Shown: positions 10,009 through 20,579 of the stretch, piece by piece
How positions within the stretch are numbered: position 1 is the stretch's first letter
Layout of the letters: the number at the start of each line of letters is the position of its first letter
DNA from: an uncultured Oscillospiraceae bacterium
GTDB lineage: Bacteria; Bacillota; Clostridia; Peptostreptococcales; Anaerovoracaceae
Direction of reading: 5' to 3'
DNA: 64,000 nt
NCBI GenBank assembly: GCA_964369465.1
Contig: CAYJEX010000003.1
Coordinates: 21,063-85,062, forward strand
Notes under the pieces: model-generated
Database searches by the model: none
Seen by the model: the letters and a program-made list of their open reading frames with translations, nothing else
What the model was told of the DNA's origin: nothing
Made by a program: the position numbers and the translations under genes

Positions 10009-10809
10009 CTATATTATTTTCTTGTCTTTTAGACTAACAAGTAGATTAACTGCTTGCTCTTTTGGAATATCTCCTTCAACCATCATCCCTTGTCCTTTTG
10101 GTTTTGGTGTAAATGATCTAAATACGTTTGTTGGAGAAGCTTTTAAGCCTACAATTGTTCTATCAACATTAATATCATCTGCATTCCAAGTGATAATTTC
10201 TGTTTTAGTTGCCTTCATTATCCCAGGGATACTCATATATCTTGGTGTATTCAACTCTTTAATTGCTGTAAGCAAGCACGGTGTCTTAATTTCAATAACT
10301 TCATAACCATCTTCTAACGCTCTATGCACAGTGATATTTTTCATATCATCAGAGATTTTAAAATCTTTAACATAAGTAACTTGTGGAAGATCTAATTTTT
10401 CTGCTAATTGTGGCCCAACTTGAGCAGTATCTCCATCGATTGCTTGACGTCCTGCAAAGATCAGATCAAAGTCGCCAATTTTCTTTACTGCTGCAGCGAT
10501 AGCATTTGATGTTGCCCATGTATCTGATCCGCCAACAGCTTTATCGCTAATTAATACAGCTTCGTCTGCCCCCATAGCTATGCACTCAACAAGCATTTCT
10601 TTTGCTTGAGGAGGCCCCATTGAAACAACAGTAACCGTTACATCATCATACATATCTTTAACTCTTAATGCTTCCTCTAGTGCGTTTGCATCGTCATGAT
10701 TTAATATACTTGGAACGCCATCTCTAATCAATGTGCCTGTTTCAGGATTGATTTTTATTTCATTTGTATCAGGAACCTGTTTTGCACATACTAAAATTTT
10801 AAAAGACAT
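10009..10809 (-). CDS. etfB: electron transfer flavoprotein subunit beta
   Basis: Identified by [24 protein letters not shown] and [19 protein letters not shown]. The RBS is AGGAGG. Confidence 0.92.
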   Translation of the reverse strand: MSFKILVCAKQVPDTNEIKINPETGTLIRDGVPSILNHDDANALEEALRVKDMYDDVTVTVVSMGPPQAKEMLVECIAMGADEAVLISDKAVGGSDTWATSNAIAAAVKKIGDFDLIFAGRQAIDGDTAQVGPQLAEKLDLPQVTYVKDFKISDDMKNITVHRALEDGYEVIEIKTPCLLTAIKELNTPRYMSIPGIMKATKTEIITWNADDINVDRTIVGLKASPTNVFRSFTPKPKGQGMMVEGDIPKEQAVNLLVSLKDKKII

Positions 10810-10822
10810 TTCTTCCTCCTTC

Positions 10823-11965
10823 TTATTTACCTATAACAGCTGCTGCGATTACAATTTTTTGAACTTCTGAAGTACCTTCATATATTTCAGTAATTTTTGC
10901 ATCTCTCATCATTCTTTCAACTGGATAATCCTTTGTATACCCATATCCACCATGAAGTTGAACAGCTTTTGTAGTAACATACATAGCAGTCTCAGCTGCA
11001 AAAAGTTTCGCCATTGCAGATTGTGTGCCATAAGGTAGTTTTTTATCTTTTAAATCTGCTGCTTGATAAATCAACAATCTTGAAGCTTCGATTCTAGTCG
11101 CCATATCTGCCATTTCAAACTGTAATGCTTGCATTTGAGATAATTTTTTTCCAAATTGTTTTCTTGATTTTATATATTCTTTTGTAACATCAAATGCTCC
11201 TTGAGCGATTCCAAGTGCTTGAGACGCTATTCCAATTCTACCACCATCCAGTGTTGACATAGCTACTTTAAATCCATCTCCAATATTCCCTAATAATCTA
11301 TCTTTTGGAATTTTACAATTTTGGAAAACAAGTTCTGTAGTTGAAGAAGCACATATACCCATTTTATCTTCAGTTTTTCCAATTGAAAATCCTTCATCAT
11401 CTTTTTCTATTATAAAAGCACTTATTCCACGTGTTCCTTTACTTTTATCTGTCATTGCCATAACAACAAAAATATCTGCATATCCTCCATTTGTAATAAA
11501 TACTTTTGCACCATTAATTAACCAATGATCCCCTTTATCTTCAGCTCTAGTTTGCTGTCCACTCGCATCAGTTCCTGCATTAGGTTCTGTTAAACCAAAA
11601 GCACCTAAATGTTCACCTTTTAGTAGTTTAGGTAAGTATTTCTGCTTTTGCTCTTCATTTCCCCATCCATAAATTGGCCATGCACATAAAGAAGTATGTG
11701 CAGAACATATAACCCCTGTAGATGCACAAACTCTAGAAAGCTCTTCAACAGTTATTGCATAGCAAAGGCTATCCGCACCTGAACCACCATATTCTTTTGG
11801 AAAAGGTACTCCTAGCATCCCTAATTTACCCATTTTTTCGACATTCTCAACTGGAAATCTATGTTCTTGATCTATTTCTGCCGCAATTGGTTCTACTTCT
11901 GCTTCTGCAAAAGCTCTAACCGTTTTACGAACTAGTTCCTGCTCCTTTGTGAGTTGAAAATTCAT
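10823..11965 (-). CDS. bcd: butyryl-CoA / short-chain acyl-CoA dehydrogenase
   Basis: Acyl-CoA dehydrogenase signatures are present (GLTEPNAGTDA, QLHGGYGYTKDYPVERMMRDAKITEIYEGTSEVQ). It is followed directly by etfB and etfA, the classic bcd-etfBA arrangement. Confidence 0.9.
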   Translation of the reverse strand: MNFQLTKEQELVRKTVRAFAEAEVEPIAAEIDQEHRFPVENVEKMGKLGMLGVPFPKEYGGSGADSLCYAITVEELSRVCASTGVICSAHTSLCAWPIYGWGNEEQKQKYLPKLLKGEHLGAFGLTEPNAGTDASGQQTRAEDKGDHWLINGAKVFITNGGYADIFVVMAMTDKSKGTRGISAFIIEKDDEGFSIGKTEDKMGICASSTTELVFQNCKIPKDRLLGNIGDGFKVAMSTLDGGRIGIASQALGIAQGAFDVTKEYIKSRKQFGKKLSQMQALQFEMADMATRIEASRLLIYQAADLKDKKLPYGTQSAMAKLFAAETAMYVTTKAVQLHGGYGYTKDYPVERMMRDAKITEIYEGTSEVQKIVIAAAVIGK

Positions 11966-12123
11966 AAATATACCTCCTTAATAATATAAATATTAAAATA
12001 TTTTCAGTAGAAATTGTTATATTTGTAACAATGTAATTATTGTAGCATTTTTGTAAACAAATTGCAATATTTATTGTTAAAATATTATTATATAACAATA
12101 TCGCAATATATTTTAAATGCAAA

Positions 12124-13368
12124 CTAGGTTTTTGGCTTAATATCAACAATTTCAGCTTTTTCAATTGCTTCATTTATTAGTTTTTCTGCATTTATTTTAG
12201 ATTCACTTTCTAATAATCTTTCAATTTTAGGTTTTGTTGTTGGATGTTTTGGCAAAAAAATCGTACAGCAATCATCATTAGGCTGAATTGAAACTTCAAA
12301 TGTTCCGATTTTTTTTGCTTTTTCCATTATTTCGACTTTATCTAAAGCAATTAATGGCCTCATTACAGGCATAGATACAGCATGGTTCGTTGCAATTAAA
12401 GATTCTGTAGTTTGACTTGCAACTTGTCCCAAGCTTTCCCCTGTAATCAATACAGAAGCCTCTCTATCTACTGCAATTCTTTCAGCAATCATCATCATAT
12501 ATCTTCTTATATGAATTGTTGTATCATCGTCTATACAATTTTCTACTATTGCCTCTTGTATTGGAAGAAGATTTACCATATGAACTTTAAATCCTCCCAT
12601 GTATATTGCAATAATTGATGCAAGCTCTTCAACTTGTTCTTTAGCTTTTTGATTTGTATAAGGATAGGAATGGAAATGCACAGCTTCAATCTTCATTCCT
12701 CTCTTCCCCATCATAAATCCTGCAACTGGGCTATCAATTCCGCCACTTAGTAATAACATCCCTTTCCCTGTAGTTCCTAATGGCAACCCACCTTGCCCTT
12801 CTATTTTTTGTTGATATATATAAGTAATCTTTTCTCTTAAATTTACAAATAAATGAATATCTGGATTATGTACATCTACTTTTATTTTTTTTTCTTTATT
12901 TATATCGTTACATCCTTTTAATATTGCAGCACCTACTTCTCTTGCAATTTCAGGAGATTTTACTGGAAAATTTTTATCTGCACGACGCGCTTCTACTTTA
13001 AATGTAATATCATTTTTTACATTATCACTCATATATTTATTGATATATTCAATAGAACTATTTTTTATATCGTCCATTGTCGAGTTACATTCAACTGCCA
13101 TGCTTATCGATGCAATACCAAATACTTTCAGTATTTCTCCCATTATTTCATCAACATCAATACTCTTATCAGCCTTCACAAAAATTAATCCGCTATTACG
13201 TTCTACTATTACCTTACTTCCATCTTTACGACGTTCTTCCGCAGTACCTGTAAATTTACGTAAAAGCTTACGTAGTCTTTCTGCAAGCATTCTCTCAAAA
13301 AATGGTTTGTTTTCACCTTTAAGCGCTGTTTCTCCATATCTAACAATAAATGTATTTTTTTCGTTCAT
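12124..13368 (-). CDS. thiI: tRNA 4-thiouridine(8) synthase ThiI
   Basis: THUMP domain plus PP-loop LLLSGGIDSPVA. The ATG at 13368 follows AAGGGA. Confidence 0.9.
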   Translation of the reverse strand: MNEKNTFIVRYGETALKGENKPFFERMLAERLRKLLRKFTGTAEERRKDGSKVIVERNSGLIFVKADKSIDVDEIMGEILKVFGIASISMAVECNSTMDDIKNSSIEYINKYMSDNVKNDITFKVEARRADKNFPVKSPEIAREVGAAILKGCNDINKEKKIKVDVHNPDIHLFVNLREKITYIYQQKIEGQGGLPLGTTGKGMLLLSGGIDSPVAGFMMGKRGMKIEAVHFHSYPYTNQKAKEQVEELASIIAIYMGGFKVHMVNLLPIQEAIVENCIDDDTTIHIRRYMMMIAERIAVDREASVLITGESLGQVASQTTESLIATNHAVSMPVMRPLIALDKVEIMEKAKKIGTFEVSIQPNDDCCTIFLPKHPTTKPKIERLLESESKINAEKLINEAIEKAEIVDIKPKT

Positions 13369-13406
13369 AATTTCCCTTTCAAATTTATTTATCATATAAA
13401 TGCAGA

Positions 13407-14591
13407 TTATCTCATTTTTATTTTTCTTATTCTGTTTACATGTTTTTTTAGTTTATCGACAACGTATTCAACTTCATTTATTTCATTGAAAGCCCCAAAA
13501 CTAAATCTAATTGCTCCTTCAATTTCATTATTATTCAACTTCATAGATTTTAGAACATGTGATATATTTTTTTTGTTAGATGAACATGCCGATCCTGTTG
13601 AAACATATATTCCGTCTTCCTCGAGCATATGTAATAGTACCTCTGCTCTTGTTCCTAAAAACGAAACATTTAAAATATGAGGAGCACACATCCCTTTATT
13701 ACTCTTTGTTGTAGAATGTTTAGGGCTATTTACTTTAATATCTAATATTTCATCTTCTATATTTTTTAACAAACAGTCTCTAATTGCTTTTATTTTGTTT
13801 GTGTCAATTTTTGTTCTTATAGCTTCTGCAAAGCCAACTATTCCTGCTATATTTTCTGTGCCAGATCTAAGACCTGCTTCTTGGCCTCCTCCAGTAATTT
13901 CTGGTATTAATCTTAAATTTTCTTTCAAAAATAACGCCCCAATTCCTTTTGGCCCATGTATTTTATGTGCACTAGTAGATAAATAATCAATATTATTATA
14001 TTCAAAATCTATCTTGTTATATGATTGGATTGCATCAACATGAAAATATATTTTGTTTTCTTTGTTTCTTTCTATATTTTTCATTTTAATATATTCCGCT
14101 ATTTCATCAATTGGTTGAATCGTTCCAACCTCATTATTTACATGCATTATTGAAATAATATACGATTTATCTTCAGATATAAACGTATCTAACATTTCAG
14201 TATCTATTAAAGCTTCGGAGTTAACATTAAGTAATTTATTCTCCCAACCTTCTTTAGATAAATCGTTAATAGTATTAAGAATAGAAAGATGTTCTATAGA
14301 GGAAGAAATGATTATTGGTTTACTTCTTCTATTCAAATTACATGTTCCACGAATTGCTAAATTATTCGCTTCTGTACCTGAGCTTGTAAATATCATATTC
14401 GAAAACTTGTTTCGAAAAGAGTTAAGAATACTTTCTCTGTCATTTTTTATTTTCACTGAGCACTCATAGCCTAGTTGATGAAGAGAGCTAGGATTTGCAA
14501 AATATTTATAGAATGATTCATTTATTACATTTGTTACATTTTCGTATTGTCGTGTTGTTGCACTATTATCTAAATAACTTTTTATTTTCAT
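13407..14591 (-). CDS. class V PLP cysteine desulfurase (NifS/NifZ/IscS-like), partner of ThiI
   Basis: Identified by YLDNSATT, the PLP-lysine region SAHKIHGPKG and the catalytic loop STGSACSS. The start is uncertain: ATG 14591 lies 16 nt after AAGGAG. Confidence 0.85.
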   Translation of the reverse strand: MKIKSYLDNSATTRQYENVTNVINESFYKYFANPSSLHQLGYECSVKIKNDRESILNSFRNKFSNMIFTSSGTEANNLAIRGTCNLNRRSKPIIISSSIEHLSILNTINDLSKEGWENKLLNVNSEALIDTEMLDTFISEDKSYIISIMHVNNEVGTIQPIDEIAEYIKMKNIERNKENKIYFHVDAIQSYNKIDFEYNNIDYLSTSAHKIHGPKGIGALFLKENLRLIPEITGGGQEAGLRSGTENIAGIVGFAEAIRTKIDTNKIKAIRDCLLKNIEDEILDIKVNSPKHSTTKSNKGMCAPHILNVSFLGTRAEVLLHMLEEDGIYVSTGSACSSNKKNISHVLKSMKLNNNEIEGAIRFSFGAFNEINEVEYVVDKLKKHVNRIRKIKMR

Positions 14592-14618
14592 AATTATATT
14601 TATATTTCTCCTTAGATT

Positions 14619-14643
14619 AAAAGGGAGCAATTTGCCCCCTTTT
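14619..14643 (-). terminator. intrinsic terminator after rny
   Basis: The minus-strand RNA reads AAAAGGGGGC-AAAUU-GCUCCCUUUU, starting 18 nt after the rny stop. Confidence 0.75.
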
Positions 14644-14660
14644 CTTTTGTTTTAATAGGA

Positions 14661-16202
14661 TTATTTTGCGTAATCTATAGCTCTTGTTTCTCTTACTATA
14701 TTTACTTTAATTTGTCCTGGATAATCCATATCATCTTCAATCTTCTTGGATATTTCTCTTGCTAATGCTGGTAATTCATTGTCATTTATTTCTTCTGGTT
14801 TAGCAATTATCCTGATTTCTCTACCTGCTTGAATCGCGAAAGATTTTTCTACGCCTTTTGTAGTATTTGCAATATCTTCAAGCTTTTGTAATCTTTTAAT
14901 ATATGTCTCTAACGTTTCTCTTCGTGCTCCAGGTCTTGCTGCCGACAACGCATCAGCTGCAGTAACTAAAACAGCTTCTAATGACTTATGCTCATAATCT
15001 CCATGATGGGATGCCATACCATCTATAACAGTTTGCGACTCTTTATATTTTTTAAGAATTTCTATTCCAAGTTCAACGTGGCTTCCTTCTTTTTCATGAT
15101 CTACAGCTTTCCCTATATCATGTAATAGTCCAGCTCTTTTTGCAATTTTAGTATCTAAGCCTAATTCTCCAGCCATTAATCCTGCTAAGTTTGCAACTTC
15201 TACCGAATGTAGAAGAACATTCTGTCCATACGATGTTCTATACTTTAATCTTCCTAATAATTTAACAATTTCTGGATGTAAATTATGTATTCCAATATCA
15301 AATGTTGCTTGTTCTCCAGCTTCCTTAATTGTAGCCTCTACTTTTTTTTCTGATTTTTCAACAGTTTCTTCTATCCTTGCAGGGTGTATTCTGCCATCTA
15401 CAATAAGTTTTTCAAGCGAAAGTCTTGCAACTTCTCTCCTTACTGGATCAAATCCTGATAATATAACAGCTTCTGGTGTATCATCGATTATTAGTTCTAT
15501 TCCCGTTGCTGTTTCTAAAGCTCTTATATTTCTTCCTTCTCTTCCTATTATTCTTCCCTTCATCTCATCATTAGGTAAAGGTACAACAGAAACAGTTGAT
15601 TCTGCAACATGATCTGCAGCATATCTTTGAATTGCGTTTGTTAAAATATTTTTTGCTCTTTTTTCACCTTCATCTTTTGCTTTTTCTTCTATTTCTTTAA
15701 TCAATGATGATGCTTCTGCTCTTAAATCACTTTCTAAACTTTGTAGTAATATTTTCTTTGCTTCTTCAGCAGTATAACCGGATATTTTTTGCAATTCTTC
15801 TAGTTGAACTTTATATATTTTTTCCAGGTCATTTTGTTTTGTTAATATATTCTGTTCTCTACTTGCAATACTTTGTTCTTTACGATCAATAGTATCTAAT
15901 CTTTTATCAATAGATTCTTCTTTTTGAATAAGTCTATTTTCCGCCTTTGATATTTCGTTTCTTCTTTCTTTTATCTCTTTTTCTGCCTCTACTTTAATCT
16001 TGTGTGCATCTTCTTTGGCTTCTAATGCTATTTCTTTTTTTATTGAAATTACTTGGTTTTCTGCATCTAAAATAATATTTTTTGCAGTTAATTCGGCACT
16101 TCCAACAGTTTTGTCTGCCATCACTTTTCTAAAAATGTATCCAATTAAAACACCTAATATAAGTGTGATTACTATAGAGGCGACAAGTACAATTGGGTGC
16201 AT
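14661..16202 (-). CDS. rny: ribonuclease Y
   Basis: N-terminal TM helix, long coiled coil, KH domain ([12 protein letters not shown]) and HD domain (LLHDIGK). The ATG at 16202 follows AAGGAG. Confidence 0.95.
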   Translation of the reverse strand: MHPIVLVASIVITLILGVLIGYIFRKVMADKTVGSAELTAKNIILDAENQVISIKKEIALEAKEDAHKIKVEAEKEIKERRNEISKAENRLIQKEESIDKRLDTIDRKEQSIASREQNILTKQNDLEKIYKVQLEELQKISGYTAEEAKKILLQSLESDLRAEASSLIKEIEEKAKDEGEKRAKNILTNAIQRYAADHVAESTVSVVPLPNDEMKGRIIGREGRNIRALETATGIELIIDDTPEAVILSGFDPVRREVARLSLEKLIVDGRIHPARIEETVEKSEKKVEATIKEAGEQATFDIGIHNLHPEIVKLLGRLKYRTSYGQNVLLHSVEVANLAGLMAGELGLDTKIAKRAGLLHDIGKAVDHEKEGSHVELGIEILKKYKESQTVIDGMASHHGDYEHKSLEAVLVTAADALSAARPGARRETLETYIKRLQKLEDIANTTKGVEKSFAIQAGREIRIIAKPEEINDNELPALAREISKKIEDDMDYPGQIKVNIVRETRAIDYAK

Positions 16203-16273
16203 ACTTTCGCTCCTTTCAATATAAAACAATTATTGTAAAATACATATCTACAATAAAAAAACATTCCACATAG

Positions 16274-16302
16274 ATTATATGCAAAATGTCTTAAAATGTC
16301 AA
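16274..16302 (-). promoter_or_regulatory. consensus sigma-A promoter for rny
   Basis: On the minus strand, TTGACA (16302-16297) is followed by a 17-nt spacer and TATAAT (16279-16274). Confidence 0.65.
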
Positions 16303-16363
16303 GATTTGATTTATTACCGTGTTAATATTTTGTAGTATTGTATATCTATTAAATAAATAATTT

Positions 16364-16933
16364 TCATACTACGTATTCTTTTATTTTTCCTTCATAGACT
16401 ATTTCATTTTTAAAGTAATCATAAATATCAAACGGTCTCATATTATGGCTTTTTCTAAATTCTGGATGTATTAAGTCAGCTTTAATCAAGACATGTGACA
16501 CATACTCTGAGCAAAAATATTTGTTTTTTCTCTTTAATCCAATTCCAAAAACAAGCATCCTGATCATTCCAAGGTAATTATAGTTAAATTTCTTCTTATT
16601 ATCCCAATCATCTTCTATGATTTCTTTTATTATATTATAGTTTCTTTCGCTTATTTTAAGTTTTAAAACAGCAATCTGTCCTTCTTCTTTATTTCGATCG
16701 TAATGACCCTCTTTAATACTTTCTTTTACCAAACCAGCATTAAAAGGATTATGCATTTTTTTTCGAGAAAATGACTGCATTTTTTCAAAAGAATTATCTA
16801 AAGAAATGGAAACGTGTGAATATTTAACACCTTCATATCTATCTCCAAATTTCATTTTTCCTCTCATTACTATAAGTCTTCCCACGTTTGTTTTAACATT
16901 ACTAAGAAGAAGATACACTTCTTTATTTTTCAT
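16364..16933 (-). CDS. hypothetical; possibly a permuted papain-fold (YiiX/YaeF, NlpC/P60 superfamily) hydrolase
   Basis: A His-containing strand (YSHVSISLD) precedes a Cys motif (YFCSEYVSHVL). This is the circularly permuted order seen in YiiX-like enzymes. The assignment rests on motifs only. Confidence 0.35.
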   Translation of the reverse strand: MKNKEVYLLLSNVKTNVGRLIVMRGKMKFGDRYEGVKYSHVSISLDNSFEKMQSFSRKKMHNPFNAGLVKESIKEGHYDRNKEEGQIAVLKLKISERNYNIIKEIIEDDWDNKKKFNYNYLGMIRMLVFGIGLKRKNKYFCSEYVSHVLIKADLIHPEFRKSHNMRPFDIYDYFKNEIVYEGKIKEYVV

Positions 16934-17084
16934 CCTATCCTAAAATCCTCCAAACTTTTCAAGTAATATTTTATCGCACATCTTTAATTATAACATACAA
17001 AATCTATCTTATGCAAATTTTATCACGAAATCATTTATTATTTTGCAAGAGATTCAATAGAACCCGAATAATTTCCCCGCAATT

Positions 17085-17816
17085 TTATTCATTTAATTCA
17101 TCTATTATTTTTTTTGCCATGTTATCTATGTTTGTTGAAATATAAGATTCTTTTTCCAAATATATTGGCTGACCATAATTTGTGGAAATCAAAATATTTT
17201 CATCATATTGAATTATGCCTAAAGAATCAAGTCCTAACGAATTTGAAATTTCTAATACAGATGGAGTTAACTTTCTTTCAATTAATTCAAAATTTGCTTT
17301 GTTCAATACATATTTAAGATTTTTCACTCCGACATCTTTTAAATATGTTGCAAGTATTTCGCCATCTCTTATTGAAGGTATATTTGCTTCAATAGTAAGT
17401 ATACACATATCTACATTTGTAGTAGCTAATTTAATATATGAACTGTCTCCTGAAAAAGAATCGATAATAATATAATCAAACTGTGAATCCAAAATATTAT
17501 ATAATTTTATCAAATCTTTTTCATCTATGTTCTTTTCATCACGAAAATATGCTCCAGCCAAAATATATAAATGATCAAATCTTTTATCTCGAACAAGACC
17601 TTGCCTAACTCGGCACAATCCATTCAATACATCTAGGATATTAAAAACCACTTTACTTTCTAAGCCTAAATATATATCTAAATTTTTTAGGCTCAAGTCT
17701 AAGTCAACTAAAGCCACTTTGTATCCTTTATCAGCTAAAGCTACTCCAATATTTGATGTGAAAAACGTTCTTCCTGTGCCACCTTTACCTGAAGCGATAA
17801 GTATTTTTTTTGCCAT
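17085..17816 (-). CDS. MinD/ParA-family P-loop protein, divergent (deviant Walker A with Arg replacing the GK[ST] lysine)
   Basis: The N-terminus is KILIASGKGGTGRTFFTSNIG. MinD-like blocks follow: VDLDLSLKNLD, RVRQGLVRDKRF..LYIL, IIDSFSG, ENILISTNYGQP. Confidence 0.75.
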   Translation of the reverse strand: MAKKILIASGKGGTGRTFFTSNIGVALADKGYKVALVDLDLSLKNLDIYLGLESKVVFNILDVLNGLCRVRQGLVRDKRFDHLYILAGAYFRDEKNIDEKDLIKLYNILDSQFDYIIIDSFSGDSSYIKLATTNVDMCILTIEANIPSIRDGEILATYLKDVGVKNLKYVLNKANFELIERKLTPSVLEISNSLGLDSLGIIQYDENILISTNYGQPIYLEKESYISTNIDNMAKKIIDELNE

Positions 17817-17882
17817 ATTATTATTTCTTTCTTAAATTAAAATTAGAATATTTATTGTATTTGAGAATATAGTTCGAAAAAA

Positions 17883-18560
17883 TTATATTAAATTCAAATT
17901 TTTCATGCTAGTAAATTTTCCGTCTCCAATGATAATATGATCTAATACTTTTATGCCCATAATTTCTCCTACCTGTATCAACCTCTTTGTTACATTGATA
18001 TCTTCATTGCTAGGTTCAGGATTTCCACTCGGGTGATTATGAACCAATATTATTGCTGCTGCATTAGATCTTATTGCCCAAAAGAATGTTTCTCTTGGAT
18101 TAACAATACTAGATGAAATATCGCCTATGGAAATGTTTTTTTCTTCAATTATTTCCCCTTTTGTGTTTAACATCAGAATATTAAAATGTTCCTTTTGATA
18201 ATATCTCATTCTTTCCATGAACAAATTAGATACATCCTCAGCTGATAAGATGTGGTCTTTTCTTTCCTTAGGAAATGTTGCAATTCGTTTTCCTAATTCT
18301 ATTGCAGCTTTTATTTCGCATGATTTTGCAGGTCCAATTCCTTTAACATTGGAAATTTCTTCAATTGAACATCGTTCTAAGTATGCAATTCCTTCTTTAT
18401 TTAATGATACAACTTCTTCTGCAATATTTGTTGCTGATTTGTCCTTGAATCCTGTTCTAATAAAAAGCGAAATCAACTCTATATTCGATAATGATTCTGC
18501 GCCATATTTCAATAATTTTTCTCTAGGTCTTTCGTATATTGGTAATTCTTTTAATTTCAT
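17883..18560 (-). CDS. radC: RadC-family (UPF0758, JAB/MPN) protein
   Basis: Identified by PREKL, an HhH region, and the JAMM motif HNHPSG.PEPSNEDI. The ATG at 18560 follows GGGAGGA. Confidence 0.88.
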   Translation of the reverse strand: MKLKELPIYERPREKLLKYGAESLSNIELISLFIRTGFKDKSATNIAEEVVSLNKEGIAYLERCSIEEISNVKGIGPAKSCEIKAAIELGKRIATFPKERKDHILSAEDVSNLFMERMRYYQKEHFNILMLNTKGEIIEEKNISIGDISSSIVNPRETFFWAIRSNAAAIILVHNHPSGNPEPSNEDINVTKRLIQVGEIMGIKVLDHIIIGDGKFTSMKNLNLI

Positions 18561-18613
18561 TTTATCCTCCCTACAATAATAATATATAGGGGGCATTTTT
18601 ATTTACATTATCT

Positions 18614-19855
18614 CTAACTCAACTTATGTATGAATAATCCACTGCCCATTTTAGGCTCGAACCATGTTGATTTTGGTGGCATTATCATACCACTGTCTGC
18701 CACATTAATTAAATCTTCTATATTAACTGGGAATGTGGAAAATGCAATTTTCATATCACTGTCTATTCTTTCTTCTAATCCCTGTAGACCTCTTATTCCA
18801 CCGACAAAATCTATTCTATCATCTGTTCTTGGATCATTTATCCCCAAAATCGGTGAAAGTATATTATTTTGCAAAATAGAAACATCTAACGAATCCACAG
18901 GATTTTCTGGTATTATCGACTTTTTCGCATTCAACTTGTACCATTTCTTTTCCACATACATACCAAATTCTCCTTTTTCTGATGGTTTATGAGGATTTTT
19001 AACTTCAATAATATCAAAATTAGCTTTTTCAATTTTTTTCAAGAGTTGATCAACAGACAAGCCATTCAAGTCTTTTATGACTCTATTATAATCATAGATT
19101 TTCAAATCACTATCAGGGAAAATCGCACCCATAAAATAATTGTAATTCTCGTCACCAGACGTGTTATTCTCTTTTCTTCTTTTCATACAAACATTATAAG
19201 CAGATGCCGTTCTATGATGCCCGTCAGCAATATATAGATCCTCGTCTTTAAACAAATGTACTATTTCAGAGATAATATCTTTATCTATAATTTTCCATAA
19301 AGTATGAACTATGCCATCTTTCAGATTTATATTATATAATGGTTCGTTACAATCTGCATAGTAATTTATTATATTTTTAATTTTTATTTTATTTTTATCT
19401 TTGTATGTCAAAAAAATAGGCTCTGTCTGCGCATCTACAGTATCAAAATGATTAGTTCTATCTTCTTCTTTTTCTATACGTGTTAGTTCATGCTTCTTTA
19501 CAATATTCTCATTATAGTCGTCTACAGATACTAATCCTACAAGGCCAGTTTGGACATTATCTTTCATAACTTGTCTATACACATATAAAGATTCATCATT
19601 ATCAACTAACATAAAATTACTGTCAATGAATTTATGTAAATTTTCCTTAGCTTTATTATATACTTCTTGACAATGCTCATCTTTTATATCAGGCAAATCT
19701 ATTTCAGATCTGGAAATATGTAAAAATGACAGTGGATTATCTTTTGCTATTTTTTTTGCTTCTTCTGTACTCATAACATCATATGGCAAAGATATAATTT
19801 GCTTTGCATTTTTTTCATTAGGTCTAACAGCTTTAAAAGCCTTAATTTTGGCCAT
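18614..19855 (-). CDS. DUF1015 family protein
   Basis: Identified by MAKIKAFKAVRPN....SLPYDVM and YIADGHHR. The ATG at 19855 follows AAAGGAGG. It overlaps the 3' end of cmk by 14 nt. Confidence 0.8.
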   Translation of the reverse strand: MAKIKAFKAVRPNEKNAKQIISLPYDVMSTEEAKKIAKDNPLSFLHISRSEIDLPDIKDEHCQEVYNKAKENLHKFIDSNFMLVDNDESLYVYRQVMKDNVQTGLVGLVSVDDYNENIVKKHELTRIEKEEDRTNHFDTVDAQTEPIFLTYKDKNKIKIKNIINYYADCNEPLYNINLKDGIVHTLWKIIDKDIISEIVHLFKDEDLYIADGHHRTASAYNVCMKRRKENNTSGDENYNYFMGAIFPDSDLKIYDYNRVIKDLNGLSVDQLLKKIEKANFDIIEVKNPHKPSEKGEFGMYVEKKWYKLNAKKSIIPENPVDSLDVSILQNNILSPILGINDPRTDDRIDFVGGIRGLQGLEERIDSDMKIAFSTFPVNIEDLINVADSGMIMPPKSTWFEPKMGSGLFIHKLS

Positions 19856-20510
19856 TTTTAACCTCCTTTTTAATATGTTCAATAACTTCATGTATACTCA
19901 TATTTGTTGTATCTATAAGTTTTGCATCTTTAGCTTGGCAAAGCGGATTAAGCTTTCTCGTCATATCATTGTTATCTCTTTGCTCGATGTCTTTTTTTAC
20001 ATCTTCAACGGTAATCTTTTCTCCTTTTTCAAGGAGCTCTTTATATCTTCTATTAGCTCTTACATCAACTGAAGCAACCATATAATATTTATATTCTGCA
20101 TCATTCAATACATTTGTTCCTATATCTCTTCCATCCATAATCACACTTTTTGTTTGTCCAATATGCCTTTGAATAGCAACAAGTTTTGATCTAATTTGTT
20201 TTAGAGCTGATGACTTTGACGCCATCATTGATACTTCCGGAGTCCTAATTTTATCATTAACATTCTTGCCATCTAAGATTATATCTCCAGAAAAGAAATC
20301 TATGGTTGTATTATCTATAAGATCTTTTAATTTTTTAGAGTCGTTCAAGTCAACATTGTTATTTATTATTTTCAAAGCAATTGCTCTATACATAGCACCC
20401 GTATCAATATATTCAATATTTAATTCTTTCGCCAAAGTTTTTGCAATTGTACTTTTTCCTGAGCCTCCTGGACCATCTATAGCAATGCGTATTAGCTTGT
20501 CTTTAGTCAT
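19842..20510 (-). CDS. cmk: cytidylate kinase
   Basis: Identified by IAIDGPGGSGKST and DTGAMYRA, with the typical length. Confidence 0.93.
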   Translation of the reverse strand: MTKDKLIRIAIDGPGGSGKSTIAKTLAKELNIEYIDTGAMYRAIALKIINNNVDLNDSKKLKDLIDNTTIDFFSGDIILDGKNVNDKIRTPEVSMMASKSSALKQIRSKLVAIQRHIGQTKSVIMDGRDIGTNVLNDAEYKYYMVASVDVRANRRYKELLEKGEKITVEDVKKDIEQRDNNDMTRKLNPLCQAKDAKLIDTTNMSIHEVIEHIKKEVKNGQN

Positions 20511-20579
20511 ATATAGTTCTCCTCAAAAACAACATATATCATGCATGAAATAACATTTATATATGTTAAAGTTTTTATT

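Noticed and set aside
11925-12173. Short ORFs in intergenic AT-rich DNA. Examples are 11925-12173(-), 6763-6954(+), 32001-32225(+), 26447-26650(+) and 56958-57191(+).
   Set aside because: They overlap promoters, terminators or the ends of real genes. They have no RBS and an extreme Ile/Asn/Tyr/Leu composition. I treat them as non-coding.
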